A DNA stretch of 64,000 nt from a virus: the IMG/VR virus record IMGVR_UViG_3300027971_000043, positions 17,731-81,730 of that record; one strand, written 5' to 3'. Each line of letters begins with the position of its first letter. Position 1 is the first letter of the stretch. Positions 29,443 to 36,534 of the stretch are shown here, piece by piece. The position numbers and the translations under genes were made by a program. The notes under the pieces are model-generated. The model did no database searches. It was given only the letters and a program-made list of their open reading frames with translations, and was not told the DNA's origin.

Positions 29443-29981
29443 AACCAGCTCCTTGCGAGCATTGTACACAATGGCCGACGCTTGCGATAGACCCCATCCC
29501 CATCACGGCTTCCATTATCGTTTGTATTACCCTCTATTGTAACTGCCATTTTACCCTCAATTCGCTCTATAAGCCCCGTGTGAGCCACCCTACGCAAGCT
29601 TTGGAAGTATATGCCAAAAGCGTCGGCGGGTCCCGGGGTCATGCCTTTACCGCGATCCCAAGTGGGTTTAACGACAAAGGATGGACTCCAAGCGGAACGG
29701 GGGAATGGATTGGCCTCCTTGCCGAAAGCTTTGTCTCCTACATAGACAACCCAAGCCGCGCACCAAGGAGCACGACTACCTTCCAGTCCAACTGTGGCTA
29801 GGATCTCGTCCACCACGGCCCCGGAGTTTCCGGGTCCTTCTCGAAGTCCGATCGTATTTCTGGCAACTTCCATAAGGCTTTCCACTCTTGCTCCTCGCGA
29901 TAATACGACTCCCTGAGCAACTCCCTCTCCGGTACCCAGCAAAGATAGAGATGCCAAAGCCAACGCATGAACTATCCGCAT
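29439..29981 (-). CDS. CHAP-domain endolysin with N-terminal signal-like segment
   Basis: PWCAAWV, AHTGLIE and TIEGNT motifs. Confidence 0.85.
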   Translation of the reverse strand: MRIVHALALASLSLLGTGEGVAQGVVLSRGARVESLMEVARNTIGLREGPGNSGAVVDEILATVGLEGSRAPWCAAWVVYVGDKAFGKEANPFPRSAWSPSFVVKPTWDRGKGMTPGPADAFGIYFQSLRRVAHTGLIERIEGKMAVTIEGNTNDNGSRDGDGVYRKRRPLCTMLARSWL

Positions 29982-30313
29982 AACAGGGCGAAGGCTAAAA
30001 CGAGTCCTATAAACACGGTGACCAATATGGTCGCTCGCGTCTGACCGTTTAGCTCCCGCCAGTCATCCTCCAAAGCATTATTATCCATGTACTGGTCTAA
30101 AAACTTGAACTCAATATTGATTATTAGCCAAGCTAATGTCACTGCAAAGAGCAACTTAACGCCCGCAAACAGAACAACATGAAGGGCTCCAAGGTCTACA
30201 ACTCCAGCTCCGGGGTCAATAGCGTGAAGGATTGGGCCTAAGGCAAGAAACAAGGCTAAGCCGCACGACAAAGCGCCCAGTCCTTGGACGTTATCCTTTA
30301 GCCACTTTTTCAC
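29972..30313 (-). CDS. putative holin (3 TM)
   Basis: Three hydrophobic segments; directly upstream of the endolysin. Confidence 0.6.
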   Translation of the reverse strand: MKKWLKDNVQGLGALSCGLALFLALGPILHAIDPGAGVVDLGALHVVLFAGVKLLFAVTLAWLIINIEFKFLDQYMDNNALEDDWRELNGQTRATILVTVFIGLVLAFALLCG

Positions 30314-30703
30314 TTAAAAGAGTTTAAGAAAGGGAAAGAAATTACGCAAGGCCAAAAATGCGGGTAGTAAGAGCATCCCGCCGATGCCAATCAAACGCCA
30401 CTTCCACACCATCCCAACGGATTTGCTGTACTTGGCCTCAAGATATTCAAGCCTCTCGGCCATCTCCGAACGTTCTTTGAAGTTCTTATCGACCTGAGAC
30501 TGAAGCTTTAGGATCTGGTCTTTGGTATTGTCCAGCTCATCGGCAACTGGTTTGCAGGCGGGGATTGAACGGGCAATCGACTGAGCCTTTAAGACTGAAT
30601 CAGTTGTGGCCTGAAGGGTGAGTGAACCGGAGGAAGTCGTGCGTGTAGAGATGCACGAACAAAGAAAAAATGGAATAACTGCGCAGAAAGAAATTATCCT
30701 CAT
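30314..30703 (-). CDS. lipoprotein with C-terminal TM, spanin candidate
   Basis: Lipobox-like FLCSC, coiled-coil middle, C-terminal hydrophobic helix; lysis cluster. Confidence 0.6.
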   Translation of the reverse strand: MRIISFCAVIPFFLCSCISTRTTSSGSLTLQATTDSVLKAQSIARSIPACKPVADELDNTKDQILKLQSQVDKNFKERSEMAERLEYLEAKYSKSVGMVWKWRLIGIGGMLLLPAFLALRNFFPFLKLF

Positions 30704-31533
30704 GGCAATCCAAGCCCATCACCAAGAGTGGTTTTGTAAAGCGATCTGATGCTTTCCATATTAGTTGTAGATATTGCAGTTGATACCATTGAAAATGCGT
30801 ATGTGTTTCCAGAGTTACTAGACCCAAAGATATAGAAGTTATCTCCAAATGGATTTGTTGATGGCAAATTACCAGACCCAGAGAGTGTCGAGTTTGTCGA
30901 GGAATTTAATTTTACATACCCGGTATCTGTTGCTGGTGCGGTAAGTCCAGTCCTAGAGGAGCCAAAGAATTGAAAGCCAGAAGCATTGAAAGACAAAGAA
31001 CCGAAGTCTCTGCCGCCGCTTCCACCAGTTAAATATATTTGACTCTGAGCCAAAAAATTAAATTGCCTTGCAAATGCTATATAGTTATCTCCTGTTTGAT
31101 TGCTACCACCACCCTTTAGAACTCCAAAATTTACAGTTCCGCTTGCTGAATTTGAGCAAATAAGAACAGTTCCATATCCATTGTTTCCCCTAACTAGAGT
31201 CGCTAGTGAATTATTCAAAAGCGTTCCTGTTCCAGAAAATGAAACGCCAGTAGTACCCCAAGATGGACTAGCACTTAATGTTGCATCATAAGTCCCCAAC
31301 CCACCCAAGCTATATGCAGTCGTTCCAGTTCCAGCATTTTGAGTAGAGCGAAGAGGCCAAGAAACAATGCTATTGTAAAGCCCCAAATTCTTCAAGCCCT
31401 TCACAAACGCATTGATTTGTTCTTGGGCTGTGGCATCTGTAACGCCTGCCCGAGTGAAATACGCAACCGCGTCTGGATCAAAAGACGAACCAGAAGTTTG
31501 CAATAACGATAAACCTAAGCCGAGTTTCGGCAT
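30700..31533 (-). CDS. putative virion structural protein (277 aa)
   Basis: DPDAVAYFTRAG..INAFVKGLK..W motif and beta-rich C-terminus. Confidence 0.65.
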   Translation of the reverse strand: MPKLGLGLSLLQTSGSSFDPDAVAYFTRAGVTDATAQEQINAFVKGLKNLGLYNSIVSWPLRSTQNAGTGTTAYSLGGLGTYDATLSASPSWGTTGVSFSGTGTLLNNSLATLVRGNNGYGTVLICSNSASGTVNFGVLKGGGSNQTGDNYIAFARQFNFLAQSQIYLTGGSGGRDFGSLSFNASGFQFFGSSRTGLTAPATDTGYVKLNSSTNSTLSGSGNLPSTNPFGDNFYIFGSSNSGNTYAFSMVSTAISTTNMESIRSLYKTTLGDGLGLP

Positions 31534-31539
31534 GGCAGT

Positions 31540-31845
31540 TTATCCTGCCTTGTAGGCTATGACCTTGCTATTTGAAGCCAAAGTAAACCCGGTAAACGGT
31601 CCGTAAATAATTGTTCCAGCTGTCAAAGCTACAGTGGTTCCAAGGGCACCGACTGTAGAGTTGAGGGCCGTCAAAGCAGTAAACGTGCTGGTTCCGGAAG
31701 CAATAATTTGAATGGAAGCATAGTTCCCAACCACGGCTGCGGTTGTATCAACATAATCAAAACCACGTTGTCCAAGCGATACAAGCGCGGCATCAGTTTC
31801 TTGGGTTACTGAAGGGGCAAGATTTTCATCAAAAAAAGTTGGCAT
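31540..31845 (-). CDS. small structural protein (101 aa)
   Basis: LTAGTIIYGPFTGFTLAS..VIAYK motif common in phage structural operons. Confidence 0.7.
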   Translation of the reverse strand: MPTFFDENLAPSVTQETDAALVSLGQRGFDYVDTTAAVVGNYASIQIIASGTSTFTALTALNSTVGALGTTVALTAGTIIYGPFTGFTLASNSKVIAYKAG

Positions 31846-31847
31846 AA

Positions 31848-32261
31848 TTAAACTCCTTTAGCGACCAAAATTTTAAAAGTGTAGGAACCGGGGTTAACAG
31901 ACGCAAGAGTAGGGTTTATGGCTCTGACTGTAACTGTATTTGCGGCCGAAACAAAACTGCTAAAAATAAGAGAGCGAGAGCCGTCTCCTGAACCGCGAAT
32001 AGAAACGCAATTAACCGAAGTCCAGTCATCTAGTGCAGCTCCCGTAACAGTAACATCGGAATCTAAGAATCCACCAGACACCCCAATAGACCCGAAATTA
32101 ATGCTGGCAGTGGCGGTTAAGAATGCGTTAGCAGCGCCAATATCTGCTGGTGTTAAATTGTTTAAAATTTGAGTGCTAAAAATAGAAGTAACTTGAGCGG
32201 CTAAAACACGGTCAACAGTTGCTACAGCAGAAGCAAAAAAAGGGTTGCGAATTGAATCCAT
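31848..32261 (-). CDS. decoration-like structural protein (137 aa)
   Basis: VTVTGAALDD..FVSAANTVTVRAINPT domain. Confidence 0.7.
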   Translation of the reverse strand: MDSIRNPFFASAVATVDRVLAAQVTSIFSTQILNNLTPADIGAANAFLTATASINFGSIGVSGGFLDSDVTVTGAALDDWTSVNCVSIRGSGDGSRSLIFSSFVSAANTVTVRAINPTLASVNPGSYTFKILVAKGV

Positions 32262-32272
32262 AAAGTACTCCT

Positions 32273-32300
32273 ATTGTGTGGTCTTATTTTTATTTGTCAA
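32273..32300 (-). promoter_or_regulatory. promoter TTGACA-N16-CACAAT
   Basis: 11 nt before ATG 32261 with AGGAG in between. Confidence 0.6.
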
Positions 32301-32512
32301 CTATGCTTGCCAAAAATCTTTGACCAAAAGAATTCGGCAAAGGTCGAAATCATGAATGTCATTACTGCCACGACTCCATATCCCATGTGAATATGCTTCT
32401 CCACCTTACCGATTCGTTGGTCGTGCTTATCACGATCGTCAAGCAAGGAATCGAGCTTTTCGTCCATGCGGGCGGTACGCTCAAGAAGGGTGACTAGATG
32501 GTCATTTTCCAT
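32297..32512 (-). CDS. coiled-coil plus C-terminal TM protein (XhlA/holin-like architecture)
   Basis: LLERTARMDEKLD..RIGKVEK followed by a hydrophobic helix. Confidence 0.65.
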   Translation of the reverse strand: MENDHLVTLLERTARMDEKLDSLLDDRDKHDQRIGKVEKHIHMGYGVVAVMTFMISTFAEFFWSKIFGKHS

Positions 32513-32765
32513 GACTAAATATCCTATCTAGGGTTGGGTATAACCGTGATTTCATCTTATTGGCAGTATAGCTCTCAACACCCAACAAAGGCAAGAATAG
32601 CTCGAAACAAAGTTCGAACGATTCCCGCTCATAACAGGCTTTGGGCCTGGCGGGTTTCTTGCCGGTGTCAAGATCCTGGAGATCGTTCCAGGCTTGCTTG
32701 ACAACCGCCAAGATGAGTTTATCCACGGCTTTACGCCATTTCGTTCTTCGACATTCCTTTTTCAA
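32502..32765 (-). CDS. hypothetical protein (87 aa)
   Basis: LILAVVKQAWNDL resembles a common small phage family; start uncertain. Confidence 0.5.
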   Translation of the reverse strand: MKKECRRTKWRKAVDKLILAVVKQAWNDLQDLDTGKKPARPKACYERESFELCFELFLPLLGVESYTANKMKSRLYPTLDRIFSHGK

Positions 32766-32979
32766 CGGCTTGAACCATACCCATATCTTCCTCAGGCATT
32801 TCGGTTTCAGTTTCTTCTTCGACTTCTTTGCCGGGGGAAACTGCTACACCTTCAACTGCGGAGAGATACATGGTAGGTCCTTTAAAAAAGCCGCTGGCCA
32901 TGAAGTCGAACGAATCGCCTTCAGCAACACCTTCTGGAGGTGTAAAGCCTTTGGGTACGGGAAAAGAGATATTGTCCAT
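32731..32979 (-). CDS. small acidic protein (82 aa)
   Basis: E-rich ORF directly after the capsid-operon hairpin. Confidence 0.7.
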   Translation of the reverse strand: MDNISFPVPKGFTPPEGVAEGDSFDFMASGFFKGPTMYLSAVEGVAVSPGKEVEEETETEMPEEDMGMVQAVEKGMSKNEMA

Positions 32980-33005
32980 AAGATTAGTCTTTCTTGAAAG
33001 AGTAT

Positions 33006-33036
33006 GATCCCCCGGGGGATAGAACCCCGGGGGACC
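33006..33036 (-). terminator. GC-rich hairpin after capsid/decoration genes
   Basis: TCCCCCGGGG-loop-CCCCGGGGGA; only a weak U tract. Confidence 0.6.
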
Positions 33037-33042
33037 AATTAA

Positions 33043-33294
33043 TTATGAGTTCTGAGCGTTGACGTTATTGATCAGGGTGATCAATTCGTTCACCTTAGCA
33101 GCAAGCGACTTGAAATTGTTGTTCAAGGTCGTTTGGCTGAAGGTTGCGCCAACGTCGCTAATTGTGTTGCTCGCGGTGCCGGTAGCGGCAGTCAGAGCCA
33201 CAGTGTTCGTCCAGTCCGCGCCATTGGCGAGGACGCTACGAATCTGAGCGGCTAGGACATTATCCTGCGTGCGAACTTGGATGGGGAAGCTCAT
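33043..33294 (-). CDS. head fibre/decoration-like protein (83 aa)
   Basis: ATFSQTTLNNNFKSLAAKVNELI; follows the capsid gene with an AAGGAAGGAG RBS. Confidence 0.65.
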   Translation of the reverse strand: MSFPIQVRTQDNVLAAQIRSVLANGADWTNTVALTAATGTASNTISDVGATFSQTTLNNNFKSLAAKVNELITLINNVNAQNS

Positions 33295-33315
33295 TTAGAG
33301 TTCTCCTTCCTTTAA

Positions 33316-34731
33316 TTAGCTAACGTAGTCAAGGCTGATGGCAGGCCGTGTGTGCAGAACGACATAGCCGTACTGCGGGAACACGGGCCGAGCGCCACTG
33401 GCCAGCACTCCGCGAAAATATCCGACATTGCCGTCCGGATTAAATGCGCGGTCAAGGATGTTAACCCATTTGAACTCACCACGGTAGTTCTGAGCGTTGA
33501 ATCCCATTTTGCTGTCAACCGAGATCGCGTTAGGAACCACAGAGCGCATAACATCTTGATGGAAGATGTAGCTGACTTCATAGGTAGCCGTCTCGTAAGC
33601 AGGGTTGATGTTGTACGCCGTACCCTTGGTCGTGGTCTCCCTGCGGAAGGGGAACACGCGGATAAGTGCGTCGTTAGTCGTATCAAACACGGCGAACCGG
33701 GGAGGATACGGATCGATTGAATGGTAGAAACCACCGTAGGAACGCTCAATACCGAGAGGAGTGAGCAATTCATTCGGCTTGGCATACCGGAAGTCCTGGC
33801 GAATGTCAGCATTCAACCGGATCAGGTTTTCGCTGGTTTCAGCACCGCAGATCAACATGAACACCGGAGCGCCGTTTTCACGGCCCATGGCGTTAGTTCC
33901 CGCGCCGTCGCGGATAAGTTTCATGTAGAGCCGCTTCAGAATGCCCTGAGTCAACTGACTCTGTGGGAGAGCATTGGCAGCAAACGCGCCCGAGTTACAA
34001 GTTCCGGTACCAGTGGTAACGGCATTGTAAACGCCAACCAAGTCGGTGGCGCTGATGCTGAAGGAATTCGTTCCAGTCGAGTTGACAGGAAGAATTCCGA
34101 TGGTGGAAGCGCTGGGGAGGACGAGGTTACCTTCAGCTGCAACCTGTTCGGTGTACAACTGGCGATAACGATCCTGCCAAACCAAGGAGGTCGACTCAGT
34201 GAGGACGTCCATGATGTTGGACAGCTGTTCCCGACGTTTCACTGCGAAGCGCAAGTCTTCGAGAGCGATGTCAGGGGAGTCAACTGATGCCCATTGCAAG
34301 CGGTACTGACGAAGCTTTTGACCGAACGAAGCGTTGGTCAAAGGCTGGGGCAGTGCGTTACCAGCAGTGGACGAAGGCGAGCTAGAAGACACCGGAGGAG
34401 TCGTTCCGCCAGAGATCGTCTGAGTATACGGATTAAATCCAGTATAGGTCTGATCAATAGGGTTCGAGCCAAGGGTCCGCCAGTTATAACCAGCGTCAGC
34501 TGTGATATCACCGGAGGTATAACCGTTAGCAGTGGAGGCTGCAATTGCCCGGGAGGGGTAGAAACGCTCGAAAGTAACCGAGCTGATCACATCGCCCATC
34601 TCCTCGGGGAAGGTTTCTTGCTTGGTGAGCTTGAGCCAAGCGGAAGTGTCAATCGTCCGGCGATAAATTTCCGGTCCGATACGACCTGCTTCTTTAACAA
34701 GAAGCTGCTCAATAGAGTACGTAGTAGCCAT
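33316..34731 (-). CDS. major capsid protein (471 aa)
   Basis: Follows portal and scaffold; size; C-ending codon bias; own promoter and downstream hairpin. Confidence 0.8.
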   Translation of the reverse strand: MATTYSIEQLLVKEAGRIGPEIYRRTIDTSAWLKLTKQETFPEEMGDVISSVTFERFYPSRAIAASTANGYTSGDITADAGYNWRTLGSNPIDQTYTGFNPYTQTISGGTTPPVSSSSPSSTAGNALPQPLTNASFGQKLRQYRLQWASVDSPDIALEDLRFAVKRREQLSNIMDVLTESTSLVWQDRYRQLYTEQVAAEGNLVLPSASTIGILPVNSTGTNSFSISATDLVGVYNAVTTGTGTCNSGAFAANALPQSQLTQGILKRLYMKLIRDGAGTNAMGRENGAPVFMLICGAETSENLIRLNADIRQDFRYAKPNELLTPLGIERSYGGFYHSIDPYPPRFAVFDTTNDALIRVFPFRRETTTKGTAYNINPAYETATYEVSYIFHQDVMRSVVPNAISVDSKMGFNAQNYRGEFKWVNILDRAFNPDGNVGYFRGVLASGARPVFPQYGYVVLHTRPAISLDYVS

Positions 34732-34744
34732 ATTAGTATCAATT

Positions 34745-34955
34745 TCCTTTCATCCTTCCCCCAGCTCGCGCTAAGGGTCGGTTATGATTTGTAACAACAA
34801 TGCCAGTTCCTATCGGAACTATCCATCGTCGCCACTGTCAAAACTTTTCCCTGGCGGCATCCCAGAGCTTTTAATGCCCGAATTCTGCTAGACCGTTTCA
34901 ATTTTTATAGGTCTTGTTCGGCAAGGGTCTCAATCTTTATACCTGCACCGAACTA
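34745..34955 (-). ncRNA. candidate structured 5' leader RNA of the capsid gene
   Basis: Five to six successive hairpins, two with near-identical 15-nt loops. Confidence 0.5.
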
Positions 34956-34959
34956 GTTA

Positions 34960-34987
34960 AAAGTATCAACCGGATAGAACGTGTCAA
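34960..34987 (-). promoter_or_regulatory. capsid promoter TTGACA-N16-TACTTT
   Basis: Immediately upstream of the structured leader. Confidence 0.6.
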
Positions 34988-35001
34988 TACTTTATGCAAA
35001 T

Positions 35002-36231
35002 TTATTTTAAGCCACGTTCCAAAGCATCCAAGAAGTTAAGATCGGCTGGCATTTCAGCAGCTGAACCTTTAGATCTTCCAGAAGATGGGCTAACGGCGCT
35101 AAGCTCTTTAGCAAGGTTTTCAAGCTCTGTAATTCTTGCTTGAGACTTGCTTACATAGTCTTGGAATACATTCATAACAACTGGCATAGCCGCCGCGCTA
35201 AAGGTTAATTTGGCTTTTGAACGGGGGTCGAGTTCGGTATTTTCAATATCCATAGCCTGCTTCTGAATGCTCTGAATGGTGTTGTTCCACTGTTCATTTC
35301 CCTCAATAGGGCGTAAAAGAGCGTTTTCTTTTTGCATGTTTTCCCATTCAGTCTGGTAAGCGGCTTCTATTTCGGCTTGTGTTCTCTTTTGAAAAGCTTC
35401 ATGTTGCTGTCTTTCTTCGGATTCAATCAACTGAAGAACAGTATTAACGTCCTTTGTTAAAATGTCTCTCCGAGCAAACACTTTGTGAAGGTCTTCGGCT
35501 TTGGTTCGGACGGCAAGCGAATCGACTGGGTCAAAGTTGCTGGTGGCTTCTTTAAGCATGGCTCTTCGCTTGGCCGGGTCAGTTTCTGCCATTGCTACAT
35601 AAAGATTGCGCGGATCAACGTTTTCGTAAAGAGCGGCAATCTCAGCAACTTCTTTTTGCAAATTCGTTAACGGTTCAGTGACGGCTTGTTTATATTCTCG
35701 GGTAGACTCAAGTCTGGAAAACTTTAACTCGTTTTCGTACTCATCCCTTTCAGCCTTAAGAGTATCTAATTGACTCTGCAAATTTGCCTGTTCAACGGAA
35801 GTATTAGAAGAGTCAGTCATTTTTGTTTCCAACTCTTTCAATTTTGTTCGGGCATCTCGCAAGTCTTTTGTAAGACGCGCCCAAGCAGTTTGAGCTTCAG
35901 GTTTTAAATTGTCGGGAGTTTTAATATCTAAGTCATCAGCTGCATCAGTTTTAGCCTGAGAAACAATTTCTTCTTTACCAGTCAACCGTTTTGTCAATAC
36001 GTCCAGGGGATTAGTTGTGGTTGAAGCATCCGACTTTTGGAGCGTAACAACTTCCTTACTTTTTGATGGTTCGGGAGCTACAGCAGCAACGGGTGTAGTT
36101 TCCGCAGCCACTGGTTTATCGATGGACTCAAATCCTTTATCCAAAGCATCGGCAAAAGATACAAAATTATCTCCTGACGGCGCGGGGGTTGATGCTGGTG
36201 CTTCCGGTGTTGCGGTGGCTGTTTCACTCAT
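35002..36231 (-). CDS. capsid scaffolding protein (409 aa)
   Basis: Acidic P/A-rich N-terminus, long coiled coil, located between portal and capsid. Confidence 0.75.
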   Translation of the reverse strand: MSETATATPEAPASTPAPSGDNFVSFADALDKGFESIDKPVAAETTPVAAVAPEPSKSKEVVTLQKSDASTTTNPLDVLTKRLTGKEEIVSQAKTDAADDLDIKTPDNLKPEAQTAWARLTKDLRDARTKLKELETKMTDSSNTSVEQANLQSQLDTLKAERDEYENELKFSRLESTREYKQAVTEPLTNLQKEVAEIAALYENVDPRNLYVAMAETDPAKRRAMLKEATSNFDPVDSLAVRTKAEDLHKVFARRDILTKDVNTVLQLIESEERQQHEAFQKRTQAEIEAAYQTEWENMQKENALLRPIEGNEQWNNTIQSIQKQAMDIENTELDPRSKAKLTFSAAAMPVVMNVFQDYVSKSQARITELENLAKELSAVSPSSGRSKGSAAEMPADLNFLDALERGLK

Positions 36232-36243
36232 GGTTTGTTTTCC

Positions 36244-36534
36244 TTATTGGTTTGTGGTTTCTATTTTAGTTTCCCAGGGTTCTGGTAATTCGTCCTTCTG
36301 GACAAAATCTTCCGACAAAGAATTTAATACTCGGATAACTTCAAAATAACCTTCTCTACGCGCATTTAAAGTCGCGTTCCAATCAATAAAGTCTACTCCA
36401 ACGGGAGGCATAGTTGGGATTGGAGTCCCAAGATTTGTTAAAACTTTTGCTAACGCTTCACCGGCTTCAGAGCGACGAAAAGTTTTCCAAGCAATTTTAA
36501 AATCGTCTCGTTTGTTCCAGTCGTTTAATGTCAT
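36244..36534 (-). CDS. small protein between portal and scaffold (96 aa)
   Basis: ATGA-coupled to the portal; typical podoviral synteny. Confidence 0.7.
   Translation of the reverse strand: MTLNDWNKRDDFKIAWKTFRRSEAGEALAKVLTNLGTPIPTMPPVGVDFIDWNATLNARREGYFEVIRVLNSLSEDFVQKDELPEPWETKIETTNQ

Noticed and set aside
33312-34794. Long alternative-frame and antisense ORFs over the capsid gene (also over the giant gene)
   Set aside because: Expected from codon bias; no RBS or recognisable motifs
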